64,000 nt of DNA from positions 1,217 through 65,216 of IMG/VR virus record IMGVR_UViG_3300021602_000008; one strand, written 5' to 3'. Shown here piece by piece: positions 9,622 through 20,100 of the stretch (its first letter is position 1; each line of letters starts with the position of its first letter). Source of the stretch: a virus. Lineage: Duplodnaviria; Caudoviricetes. The translations under genes and the position numbers were made by a program. The notes below the pieces were generated by a model. The model worked only from the letters and a program-made list of their open reading frames with translations. It ran no database searches and was not told where the DNA came from.

Positions 9622-10710
9622 ATGGAGAATCAGAACCAAAACAATCCAGCACAACCCGCAGCGACAGAATTCGATCTTTCGCCAAATCTTGATTTGATGG
9701 CAGCACCTGACAATGGTGGTGATCCAAACAATCCTTCTACTGACATGATCAGTGGTTTGCCAAACCTTGATGCAGACAAGAATCTCAATAACCCGCCGTC
9801 ACAAATTGATTCACCGAATACGAATCAAAATATTACGAATAACCAACAAGCTTCTGTTACTAATCCTGTATTTGAAAAATATCGGGAAAGGTTAAAAACT
9901 GAGTATGAAAAATCAGGAAGGCAATTGCCTGAAGATCTTTCTGAAGATAATCTTCTTGATCGTGCAAGTGAATTATATGCACAACCACGACAGTTACATC
10001 CTGAAGTTGATAAGTTCAACAAGGCAATTGAAAATGGTGTTGATCCCGAGCAGTATTTCAAGACCATGCAGGGAATCATGGAAGTCGAGAGTATGGAGTC
10101 TCATGCCCTTGTGGAACTTTCATTGAGACAGAACTTCGGCAAGTCTGAGCAACGACCAAATGGTTGGGATGATGCAAAGATAAAATCCACACTTGATAAA
10201 ATGGAGAACGCAGGATTTCTCGATATCGAGGCTGAGAAAATAAAGACAACCTATTCAGAACAAAAGCAACAGGTTGCTGATAATCTCATTCGTGAGAACA
10301 ACATCAGACAAAATGAAAACATTTCACGTAACAATGTGGAACGTGAAAATGGTATTAAGCAAACGCTTCAGTACCTTGATAAGATTGACAATATTGGTGG
10401 ACTTCCAATTTCACAAAGTGATAAAGCGGAATTTGCCAATGAATTTAGATACCTTGTCACACCTGACGAGAAAACCGGTACATCACCACTATTGGACATG
10501 TTGCAAAGCGACGAGACTTTATTGAAGGTGGCCTTATTCCTCAGACAGGGTGAGACAAAAGTGAAAGAACACCTCACAAGAGCCAAGGAGGGAGTTAAGA
10601 AGGATTTCTTCAGTAGATTAGATCCAGAACCAAGAATGCCGAATCGAGGCAATAGTACGCCATCGTCAGAAATAGATTTCGATGCTCTATCGGCACCCGC
10701 AACAAATTAA
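9622..10710 (+). CDS. Putative capsid scaffolding protein
   Basis: Acidic disordered N-terminus plus helical coiled coil, immediately upstream of the MCP. Confidence 0.7.
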   Translation: MENQNQNNPAQPAATEFDLSPNLDLMAAPDNGGDPNNPSTDMISGLPNLDADKNLNNPPSQIDSPNTNQNITNNQQASVTNPVFEKYRERLKTEYEKSGRQLPEDLSEDNLLDRASELYAQPRQLHPEVDKFNKAIENGVDPEQYFKTMQGIMEVESMESHALVELSLRQNFGKSEQRPNGWDDAKIKSTLDKMENAGFLDIEAEKIKTTYSEQKQQVADNLIRENNIRQNENISRNNVERENGIKQTLQYLDKIDNIGGLPISQSDKAEFANEFRYLVTPDEKTGTSPLLDMLQSDETLLKVALFLRQGETKVKEHLTRAKEGVKKDFFSRLDPEPRMPNRGNSTPSSEIDFDALSAPATN

Positions 10711-10730
10711 AAACCTAAACTTAAAAAAGA

Positions 10731-12161
10731 ATGAAACTTATCGGCACAGGCACTTACGATGCTAACCGCACCACAATGACAAACTCATTGGCTGCTGCAT
10801 TGTTGACACGACCTGAAATCGCGATGAACGTAGTGAACCTTTTCGAGAATAACTTCTCGGCATTTTCGTCTTACCTTGCTCGTCGTGGTATGGCTAAAAA
10901 AGGTCTTGCTCCCGACATGTCAACCGAAAACTTTAAGGTGATCGGAAACCGTAAGTACATGTGGGCATTGAAAGGCTATCCGTTCCGTAAGGGAACTTTG
11001 GTCTCTACAGTGGCTTCACCTACTACGGCTACTGTCCTTGGACAGATTTTCACAATTGATGTAGACACAAACTACTTCTCTCCAAACGATGTACTTGAGT
11101 TGAAAGACCGCCGTACACAATTGTTGGTGATGAATGAGTATCCTGTTGAAAACACACCTAATGTATGGACATACAAGGTGAAATTGATGAGTAATGTTGC
11201 AGGTGCTTTTGTTCCTGCTGCTCTTATCACTGCAGGTGCAGAAATCGGATTCTCAAGTACCGCGTTTCCTGAGTTATCAGAAACAGGTTACGAGAAGAAT
11301 ACCTTCCCTGAGTGGCACACAAACTACATGACTATCCAACGCATGCAATACTCGATCTCAGGATCAGCACAGAATACCGTGTTATGGGTAGAGCATAATG
11401 GACAACGCTTGTGGTTCAAACAACAAGAACTTGAAATGATGCGTCGTTGGGCGTATGCACGCGAGAATCAACTTATCTTCGGAAAAGCGACTATCGATGC
11501 AAACGATACAACTTATGTGCGTGACTTACAAGGTCGCGAGATCATTTCCGGAGACGGTTTGCTTGCACAAGGTGATGGATCATTGAAATACCAATACAAT
11601 ACTCTTAACGTCCGCGTTATCGAGAATGTAATGCAGAACCTTCAATTGATGACTAATGGTGACGGTGTTACTGAAGTTTTCGTTATGGGTGGTCAAGCAT
11701 TCATTTGGAATTTCCAACGTTTGATGCGTGATGTATTCAAATACAATCCACTTCCTTTGTTTGTTTCTGAATCAGATATCAAACAAGGTGTAAAAGTTGC
11801 TTTCAATGCATACGAAATGGGCGGTGTCCGTTTGGTTACTGCTTGGAACCAAGCATTTGATGCAGCATGGAGACCGCAAGACCGCGATATCTATGGACAA
11901 AGCAAAGAATCTTCCCGTGCTATTTTCTGTTCACTTGGAAATACAATCGGTGGAGATCCAATGACAGAACTTATCGCTCTCGGAAACGGAAGTGAAGATC
12001 GTCGTTTTGTTAAAAAGATCATCGATGGAATGGCTTCCCCTGATGGCAACAAACGTGCAACAGCATCCAACTCAATGGACGGTTACCAAGTACAAGTGCT
12101 TAGTGAAACAGGCATTTGCATGAAGAACCCATTCGGTGTTGCTGAATTGTTCAAGCCTTAA
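10731..12161 (+). CDS. Major capsid protein (crAss-like, HK97 fold)
   Basis: 476 aa; TMTNSL N-terminus, NYMTIQR, ISGSA, SGDGLL and NP.G..EL C-terminus typical of crAss MCPs; codon choice suggests high expression. Confidence 0.9.
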   Translation: MKLIGTGTYDANRTTMTNSLAAALLTRPEIAMNVVNLFENNFSAFSSYLARRGMAKKGLAPDMSTENFKVIGNRKYMWALKGYPFRKGTLVSTVASPTTATVLGQIFTIDVDTNYFSPNDVLELKDRRTQLLVMNEYPVENTPNVWTYKVKLMSNVAGAFVPAALITAGAEIGFSSTAFPELSETGYEKNTFPEWHTNYMTIQRMQYSISGSAQNTVLWVEHNGQRLWFKQQELEMMRRWAYARENQLIFGKATIDANDTTYVRDLQGREIISGDGLLAQGDGSLKYQYNTLNVRVIENVMQNLQLMTNGDGVTEVFVMGGQAFIWNFQRLMRDVFKYNPLPLFVSESDIKQGVKVAFNAYEMGGVRLVTAWNQAFDAAWRPQDRDIYGQSKESSRAIFCSLGNTIGGDPMTELIALGNGSEDRRFVKKIIDGMASPDGNKRATASNSMDGYQVQVLSETGICMKNPFGVAELFKP

Positions 12162-12193
12162 TAGTTCATTTGCAATAATAACCATAGAAAAAA

Positions 12194-12991
12194 ATGACAC
12201 AAGAAGACCTCAAGGAAATGACAAGCGGAACAGTCCGTCTTGTCGGTGTGAACAACAAATACCATGTTGCTCCAGTATTCATTGCCCCTAAATTTAACGA
12301 TGTCACAAAGACATTTACAATTGGTGGCAAGGAATACAAGACAAAAATTGCAGAGGAAAATAATGAGAAAATCTTTGTAGCGGACGGAACCCCCATCCGG
12401 ATCACTGATCTGGATGCTTTCCGTTATACACATTTGCAAAGTTTTGATCTTGCTTTTGAAGAACAACGTTTCCTTCTTTCAATGGCGTTGGATGATGCAA
12501 TGGTCGCTCCTAACAAGGAAGCGGTCAATCCTGATTCTGAACACCGTTATTATATAGAAGACAAGGAAAGTGAAGCTTTGGATGCCATCAAGAAGAGTAC
12601 ACTTGTGTACGATGCGATGCAGAAGATCAAGGATATGCCTTTGGAAGAACAAGTTGATTATGCACGATTACTCGGAATCTATCGTCCTGATATTTCCAAG
12701 ACGAGAATTGAAGCCGAACTCATGCGTATTGCAATGGAAAAACCGAGTGAGATTACCAAGATCGCAAATGATCGTGATAGTAAACACAAGGTGTTTCTAA
12801 AGAAACTTGTCAATGCGGGAATCGTCCGTGTTGCCAATGGCAAATACCTCAATGGAACCGAACTTGTCGGTGCCAATGAAGACTTTGCAATTCAATTCCT
12901 TCGTGATGAGCACAATTCAAAACTCATTGCAGATTGGACAAAGATGCTCACATCAAATTCAAAAGAGAAAACGGTTGCCTCCAAAAAATAA
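12194..12991 (+). CDS. Conserved crAss-like protein downstream of the MCP
   Basis: Position after MCP; YYIEDKE.EA motif and C-terminal G...G.ELVG....AI.FL. Confidence 0.65.
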   Translation: MTQEDLKEMTSGTVRLVGVNNKYHVAPVFIAPKFNDVTKTFTIGGKEYKTKIAEENNEKIFVADGTPIRITDLDAFRYTHLQSFDLAFEEQRFLLSMALDDAMVAPNKEAVNPDSEHRYYIEDKESEALDAIKKSTLVYDAMQKIKDMPLEEQVDYARLLGIYRPDISKTRIEAELMRIAMEKPSEITKIANDRDSKHKVFLKKLVNAGIVRVANGKYLNGTELVGANEDFAIQFLRDEHNSKLIADWTKMLTSNSKEKTVASKK

Positions 12992-12997
12992 AAGATC

Positions 12998-13711
12998 ATG
13001 ATTGTCACTGCCCTTGATATGTACGATGCATTTTTGTCTAACCTGAATAAGGATAAGACAGGAACGGTATTTCCCGAGGAATTTGAGATCTTGATCAATC
13101 AGGCACAAATGGAATATGTAAAGAATAAATATGATGCCGTTGAAGTCACTGAGAAACGTATTGATGACCTTCGGGAAATCATTGTTCTCAATGAGATCAT
13201 AGCGAATACGGGAGCGAACATTTCCGGTCAGGAGTTGTTTCAACTTCCGTATTCCGCTACAGGTTTTATCTCTACTCCAAAAAATCCGAGTGGAGATAAT
13301 CATGGTTATCTTTTCATGCTCAGATGTGCTATGCAGATTAAATTCGTCAACAGTCCATGTAAGCAAACAGGATTGTCCGATTACAGGAAAACAAAGGTTA
13401 TGTCATCAGATAAGCATGAAGAGATCTTGAGAGATCCTTTCAATAAGCCAACTGAAGAACGTCTTTACTACCAAACAACGGGAGATGCATTTATCTGTTT
13501 TACAGGAACGCAATCATATGGTGTTAGTGCAGAAATCGATTACCTGCGTTACCCACGTGACATTAAAATTATTGGAGTGCCTGTTGATTGTGAATTGTCC
13601 ATTCATGGCCGTCAGGAGATTGTTGACATTGCAGTGCGTAAGAAACTGCAACAGATTGAATCTCCAAGATATCCAGGAAATGTAAATGAAGGTCGTCAGG
13701 TTGTTACATAA
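12998..13711 (+). CDS. Tail ring/head-tail adaptor protein
   Basis: INQAQ, EKRIDDL, DPFNKP, YLRYP and CEL...EIVDIAV motifs of crAss ring proteins. Confidence 0.75.
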   Translation: MIVTALDMYDAFLSNLNKDKTGTVFPEEFEILINQAQMEYVKNKYDAVEVTEKRIDDLREIIVLNEIIANTGANISGQELFQLPYSATGFISTPKNPSGDNHGYLFMLRCAMQIKFVNSPCKQTGLSDYRKTKVMSSDKHEEILRDPFNKPTEERLYYQTTGDAFICFTGTQSYGVSAEIDYLRYPRDIKIIGVPVDCELSIHGRQEIVDIAVRKKLQQIESPRYPGNVNEGRQVVT

Positions 13712-13736
13712 TGCAGTAATCATGTTTGAAAATTTC

Positions 13737-13744
13737 TATCTTCG
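13737..13744 (+). promoter_or_regulatory. Possible Bacteroidetes -7 promoter element
   Basis: TATCTTCG (one mismatch to TAnnTTTG) in the gap before 13773. Confidence 0.35.
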
Positions 13745-13772
13745 TATAAACAAATACTAAAACCTAATAAAG

Positions 13773-14591
13773 ATGCTTTTGCGTCCAGCAGAAAAAATCC
13801 TAATCAACTCCTTCTCGGCAAACTCAGTTGTGCCGATTTCAGGAGGCGTTACCGTAGAAGGCTATGGTGATATCCTTGCAACAGAAATCATTGAAGCGTA
13901 TTGCATTTGTCCATCTGATTGCGTAGCACAGGTGAGCGTTGTATGTATTACAATTCCTGATTCTTGCGAGTGTCCATACGAATGGCCTTTGACAATCCGT
14001 ACACTTCCTTGTTTGAATGATTACACAGTTCAACAAACATTTGGTTCAAAGAAGTATTATGGTTATCAGAACCCATCCGGTGCAACACCAACAGCGAATG
14101 AGACTGCCCTTGCGGTTGCGGCTTCCATCAACAACGATCCTACGTCACTTGTGACTGCGGTAGTTGGATCATGGGCTTCCCCAACATTCACACCATCAGG
14201 TGCAGGTACTTGCATCCAACTCACAGAGAAGGATTGTCAGAAAACTTGTGGCTTTGAAGTGTACACAGATGCAGGCGTTATCACATTGGCTATACCGCAT
14301 GAAAATGCTGTATTGAGTTCAATTGATCTTGCTAAATTGTTCCCAATCCAATGGGGTGTATTTGGATCCCGTCCAAATCTTCCTAATTGCGGAGACTATT
14401 GCAAATATCACTTCAAACTTCGTAAATCATGCAGCGTGCAGGACATCAGTCAGGCAAACGCTTTTGATTGCTACGAGCAAGAAGTTGATTTTTATGTGAA
14501 CAACACAAGTGGAGATTACGTAACCTATTGGTACACAGAAATGCAATCAGCATTTACTGCATACCTAACAGGATGCGTTATTGTACCTTAA
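13773..14591 (+). CDS. Cys-rich structural protein, possible auxiliary capsid protein
   Basis: 272 aa with 15 Cys, beta-rich, AASINND motif, inside the head/tail block. Confidence 0.6.
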   Translation: MLLRPAEKILINSFSANSVVPISGGVTVEGYGDILATEIIEAYCICPSDCVAQVSVVCITIPDSCECPYEWPLTIRTLPCLNDYTVQQTFGSKKYYGYQNPSGATPTANETALAVAASINNDPTSLVTAVVGSWASPTFTPSGAGTCIQLTEKDCQKTCGFEVYTDAGVITLAIPHENAVLSSIDLAKLFPIQWGVFGSRPNLPNCGDYCKYHFKLRKSCSVQDISQANAFDCYEQEVDFYVNNTSGDYVTYWYTEMQSAFTAYLTGCVIVP

Positions 14592-14597
14592 ACTTCG

Positions 14598-14936
14598 ATG
14601 ATGGAATTTTGGGAAACCATATCCATTATATGTATTTTCTGTCTTGGATTGAGAGCCATTTCCTCCGAAGAAATGGTTCTCTTTCCGGTCAGGAATTACT
14701 TCATTGAACGTTGGGATAAATTCGCTGCAATGAAAATAAACATTGCAAAACCTATTATCCTTTGTGTGGTATGCATGCCGAGTGTTTGGGGAACTCCAAT
14801 ATGGTGGTCTCATTTTATCATTAGGGAATATGTCTTCCATTGGTGGACAATTCCTATTTACATCATTAGTCTTTGTGCTTGTTCATTCATCAATTGGTTT
14901 GTATGGTCATTGTTTGAATTGATCAGAAAGTATTAG
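14598..14936 (+). CDS. Small membrane protein with CxxC motifs (DUF1360-like)
   Basis: About three hydrophobic segments; CIFC, KPIILCVVCMPSVWG and CAC motifs. Confidence 0.65.
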   Translation: MMEFWETISIICIFCLGLRAISSEEMVLFPVRNYFIERWDKFAAMKINIAKPIILCVVCMPSVWGTPIWWSHFIIREYVFHWWTIPIYIISLCACSFINWFVWSLFELIRKY

Positions 14937-14972
14937 GGATATGAAAAACAAAACCTTAACTTGTAAGTCCAT

Positions 14973-15638
14973 ATGAGTACACTTGCTGAAATAGGATTTT
15001 CCATCCGTAACCAAGTAAAGGGTTTCTTTCAAAGTGATGATGAACGCATCGACATTGAACTCATCTATAAGATGGTTCGTCAGATTCGTTCAGTATTGAT
15101 TCGTGAACGCTATAAGGAAACACAGACTGTTGATGATCAAATGTATCAACGGATTTGTTGCATTGAGGTACAATGTAGAAACATCCAATGTAATGGTGTT
15201 GATTCAGGAGTTATCGAATATTATGCTGAGATTCCTTCATTGGAAAGTCTTGGTGGAATTGAGATAAAATATGTTGGTACTGCTGACATGCTTCATGAAT
15301 TCAAGTATCGTAATTGGTCAGCAAAACTTTATGGTGACTACTCTCCCTGGACAGGAAACAAACCATTCTATACACAATATGATTCACAGATGATATTGGG
15401 AAACATGCCTACCAAAGGCATGAAGTACATTTGTATGATAGTATTGCTTGATGATCCTATTGGAACAGGATGTTATTTATTGACAGAGAATGACCAATAT
15501 CCAATTTCAGGAAATATGATTCATCAACTTGAACTTATTGCCATCAAACAGTTGATGTCATCTCTGAAGGAAATTCCTGATATGAAGAATAACGCATCGG
15601 AAATATCTCCGATCGACCAAAATATTAAAAGCACATGA
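14973..15638 (+). CDS. Tail ring protein
   Basis: MSTLAEI...SDD....ELI...V...RS.LI N-terminus and YPIS motif of crAss ring proteins. Confidence 0.7.
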   Translation: MSTLAEIGFSIRNQVKGFFQSDDERIDIELIYKMVRQIRSVLIRERYKETQTVDDQMYQRICCIEVQCRNIQCNGVDSGVIEYYAEIPSLESLGGIEIKYVGTADMLHEFKYRNWSAKLYGDYSPWTGNKPFYTQYDSQMILGNMPTKGMKYICMIVLLDDPIGTGCYLLTENDQYPISGNMIHQLELIAIKQLMSSLKEIPDMKNNASEISPIDQNIKST

Positions 15639-16030
15639 GTGATATAATCATGCAGTCGCAACCGCAGGCGGTTCCGTTATCTGCAAATCTCATTACGATT
15701 ACACATCCAATCAATGTCAAGGGATTCATGTTTGTAATCAACACACAGTATTGCTACCAAACAGAACTTGTTGTATTGGTTGGATGCGGATGTGGTGGAA
15801 AGAAGAAGAAGGAAGTGAATCATTTTCGCGTAGTAATGAATGGTATATTCTATGATATTCCCGATACGCATGCGGTACATACAACACAACCTATCGCGTG
15901 TGAAGATCAGGATTTCCTGAATAAACGTTCCGCTATTGGTGATACAAATATTGTACAGGATTTCAATATGTTCCGAAACAATAATGATCCAATGGCAATT
16001 GCTGCAAAGGCAAATCGAAACCCCATGTAA
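15635..16030 (+). CDS. Hypothetical protein with GCGCGG motif
   Basis: 131-aa ORF overlapping both neighbours (ATGA at its start, TAATG at its end). Confidence 0.6.
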   Translation: MSDIIMQSQPQAVPLSANLITITHPINVKGFMFVINTQYCYQTELVVLVGCGCGGKKKKEVNHFRVVMNGIFYDIPDTHAVHTTQPIACEDQDFLNKRSAIGDTNIVQDFNMFRNNNDPMAIAAKANRNPM

Positions 16031-16485
16031 TGAAACTCAAGAAGTATAAGGACGCGAAGACAGGTACTGAATTTTGGTACCAGATAAATAATGTCGAGGA
16101 CCTTATTGATCTTGAGGATAATCCTTATTTCAAATACAATTCATTTGCTGAATTCTTTGATATGACAAAGGAACGTCAGGCAAAACAAAAGGCAAAGGAT
16201 ATCATTTCAGATTTTTTTTCCATGATTGCCGATGATATGATAGAAAATAATGACTTCTTCGTATTCCCTCAGTATCGTTTTGGAAGAATGTATGTTGGTG
16301 ATATTTCAAGTTTTACCTGGAAACGACAGGGAGACATCATTGAGACAGGTGGAAAGCGTATGGGACTGAAGCTTATCATAAATCAAATGACCAATAGATA
16401 TTCATCAAAAATGTTCCGTGGTCGATTTAATCGAGTAAATTCGCAAAGGGTATTGAACAACGTCCTCAAAGGACACAAATATTGA
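16030..16485 (+). CDS. Basic protein, possible IHF/HU-like crAss structural-block gene
   Basis: Helix followed by F.FP..FGRM.V beta pattern; sits just upstream of the tail tubular gene, as in crAss-like genomes. Confidence 0.45.
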   Translation: MKLKKYKDAKTGTEFWYQINNVEDLIDLEDNPYFKYNSFAEFFDMTKERQAKQKAKDIISDFFSMIADDMIENNDFFVFPQYRFGRMYVGDISSFTWKRQGDIIETGGKRMGLKLIINQMTNRYSSKMFRGRFNRVNSQRVLNNVLKGHKY

Positions 16486-16488
16486 TCC

Positions 16489-17127
16489 ATGTTACAGGGA
16501 AAATATGTACCGATCGAAGCAATTGCCGCGAAAGTGGCCCGTGATGCAAGAAACACACCATTCGATTTCTATGATATCGTTGAGTGGTGTGTGGAGGCTG
16601 AAAACAACATCGGAGATTTCGAGGAATTCATGCCGTATAGAAATGTTCCTTTGGAGATTACCGACAAAAAAGCATATTTGCCATGTAACGTATATCGTCT
16701 CCTCAGTGTGAAGGGAATGAATTGTACCGTTTTCAATTATGACAATAATGGAACCTATTTACTTTTTGGAGATAACTCTCTTGTAAATCGCGGTAACCCT
16801 TCACAACCTATTCCTGCTGATGGAACAGTATCTGTATTGATAGATTACATTGGTGTTCCAATTGATGAGAAGACCGGTTATCCATTAATCAAGGATGGTC
16901 ATCAGGAAGCGTGTTATTGGTATTGCATGAAGAAACTGCTATTTGAGGATTACATGTCAGGCAAGATCAATGAAAGCAAGTATCAGTATATTGATTCGCA
17001 ATATGGTCATTATGTAATCAAGGCGAAGTCATCCTTCAGATTCGTATCGCGTGACGATATGGAACGTATGATGATGAGTCGAATGAATATGGTTCCAAAA
17101 TTGAGATTTCCAAAAAACATGAAGTAA
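16489..17127 (+). CDS. Tail tubular (ring) protein
   Basis: DIVEW..EA...IG, KAYLPC, Y.G.P.DE.TGYPLI motifs; directly upstream of the muzzle gene. Confidence 0.75.
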   Translation: MLQGKYVPIEAIAAKVARDARNTPFDFYDIVEWCVEAENNIGDFEEFMPYRNVPLEITDKKAYLPCNVYRLLSVKGMNCTVFNYDNNGTYLLFGDNSLVNRGNPSQPIPADGTVSVLIDYIGVPIDEKTGYPLIKDGHQEACYWYCMKKLLFEDYMSGKINESKYQYIDSQYGHYVIKAKSSFRFVSRDDMERMMMSRMNMVPKLRFPKNMK

Positions 17128-17128
17128 C

Positions 17129-20100
17129 ATGCCCAATCAGGTAAACGAATTCTATAAGGGAATTGATGCTGACACCGATCCCATGAAGACGGCTCCCGAT
17201 TCCTTGCGTGATGCCCATAACATTCGGATCATAAATAATAAGGGACAGGGATTTGTCATTACCAATATTGGTGGAAATGAATATGAATACAGTCTCTCTC
17301 TTGGATTCATCCCATTGGGATCATGTCAATTCAATGGTATTGAATACATTTTCAGTATCAACCCAATAACACTTTCAGGAGAGATTGGGACATATCCTTC
17401 GCCACTACGTGGAGTCAATAACAGTTGTAATCCTACAGGTGGATTTGATCATACTTACAAACCATTGAATAATTTCACATTGGCGGTTAACCCATTGGTT
17501 AATCCCAATGCTCAACTATATGATTTCAGGACAACATTGTTCGATTTTGATTGCGAACATCAGATTGAATGTTTTGCACGTATCGATTACGATGACTCTG
17601 TTAACCTTTATTTTACTGACAATAAGAATCCTTACAGGACCATAAATAGTGGTTTCAATCAAAGTGGTATATGTAACGGACGTAACTATTGGAATGGAAG
17701 TTTCCCAAATGGAATCGAAGCTTTGTCTGAAACCTGTTCTGCACCTATTGTAGATAGTATTGCACTTGATCAGTCAGGATGTTTGCGTGCCGGAAACTGG
17801 ATATTCTATGCACGTTACAATACACTTAATTTCAATCCTACAAGTTTCTTGGGAGAGAGTAATGCGGTAGAGATATTTGCCGATGCACTTTCTGCAGGAA
17901 TTGTCATTGATGGTGATATTTCACAATTGGATTGTGGTAAGTCGATAACATTGAATTTCAGCAATATCGATACTACGTATCCTTATTTGGAGATTGGTTA
18001 TTCATATCACTTTGATGGTACTTTTGAAACTGCATTGGTTGATTTTCTATTTCCTATAAATCCAAACTCAACTACACTTCAGATAAAGATTACGGGTTGT
18101 GAGGATACCGTTGATATCATTGCTGATGATATCATTTCAAGAAAAACAAGTGATGATATCTTCAAGACAATTACCCAACTGGAGAATAGGTTTTGGGGTG
18201 CGAATGTAAAAACGCGTGCCAAGTTCCATCCTGATCTTCTTGCATTTGCCAAAGCCACCATAGCAAAACCAAATGACTCACTTTCCATATTTGATAAGCA
18301 GTTTGCAGTTGGTGATGGTGCCCCTCCATATGGACAATACAAGGATTACCAAAAGACATATAAGGAAACCGGTTATTTCCGTTCTGAGGCATATGCACTT
18401 TCAATGATATTTGTTTTCAAGTCAGGACGCGAAAGTGAACCATTGCCATTATCATCCTATGACTATTGGTTTGATCCGACATTGCTTAATATCAATGATC
18501 AGGGTATCATTCGTTTTCCTGCACCAAGTGCTGACGCAGGACAATCGCCATTACAACAATCACAAAATTCACTTTCCATCATGGGAATTGAATTTGACAT
18601 GACTGCGTGCGTATTCACACAATGGATGAAGAATAATGTCTGTGGTTTCTATTTCATGCGTGGTGAGCGTAATCCAAATATGATGTATCAGGGAATGACA
18701 CTTGATACATTCAATGCGGTAGGATTACATAATAATATGTCTCTTTTGAGTTATGGTGGAATGTGGCCCACATGTGCAGGTGGACTATTGATTCCTGGAA
18801 TGACAGATGTTAATCATGAGACATTGAATAGAATTCCTCTTTTTGGAGGTACTGCACCATTCCTTGGAACATGTAACCCTACAATAGGTGCTTCTCATAC
18901 AGCAGTGAGTGAATATCATGTTCCTGTTGTTGCACGACAATTTGGGATGTATTCTCCTGATCATTTCTTCAACAAGGGATTAACGGATAAACAATACACC
19001 ATCTACAAGATGGCTCAATGTACTTATAGTTCAACTACATTATCATCTGATCATACTCCCAATAGATTATATGAGGTTCAGGCTATAACTCCGATTGCCG
19101 CACAACGAGAGCAACCGATATGCCATAATATCAAGGAATGGACTGTACAACCCAATCCAAGTGGAACGGGATTCGTCAGTTATTTTGAAGAACCTACAGA
19201 TGAGAATAATGCCAATTCATTTTATTACAGAAAGAAACATGAATTTGCATTGCCAGGATATTTCTTGTGGGCAAACCGTTCATTTGCAACTACCCGTTAT
19301 ATTGGAATAGATGCTACCGCCACCCCTACTAACATTGCAAATTATAGTGAGGCATTGATAAGCATTTTCAAGGAAGATCCTGATCCATTAAATGGATTCA
19401 TCTATACAGATCAGTATGATGTGAAGAATACAAAGTATTTCAAGATCTCCAATTTCATTGATATCAATACTTATACATCAGTAATTCCTGGTGCTGTTTT
19501 CTATAGAGGAGATTGTTTCCTTCAAAGAACATACATCAAGCAGTTGCAGAATCCTTCTGTATATTCAAATACAAAACAGGATGATTTCAACAACTATTTC
19601 AGTTTTGGCATCCTTATGTCTGTTGTTACCGAAAACTCTGTTAATACGGCAATGCGTAGACAAGATGCCTCATACAGTTATTATCCTGCTACAGGACTTG
19701 GTAATCCAAATCTATTTGTAACACAGAATAATTCACTTGAAAGTGAACTATACAACAAGGGGTACCAACAGGTGCTTTCCCTATATGCCATATTCGGCTA
19801 TGATTCATCTATTCCTTATCGTGGTGTTCACTATCCAACAAGGATAAAATACTCCAACCTGCACACTCCTAATGCGTTTTCCGATGCATATCGTACAATT
19901 GACAAGGCGGCATACAAGGATTTTGATTTCAGGATGGGATCAATCAATAAGATACTTGACTTAAATGCAAAGCTTATCTCGATTCAGGATCAGGGAATGA
20001 ATCTCCATTATGTGAATGATCGTGCAATGCTTTCACAGGGCAATGCCTCAGCAGGGCAATTGCTTTTGGGTGCCGGAGATATCCTGGCACAGAAAGCAGA

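Noticed and set aside
3957-12161. Introns or inteins in terminase, portal or capsid genes
   Set aside because: ORFs are continuous and of ordinary length, with no splice-junction or homing endonuclease motifs seen.
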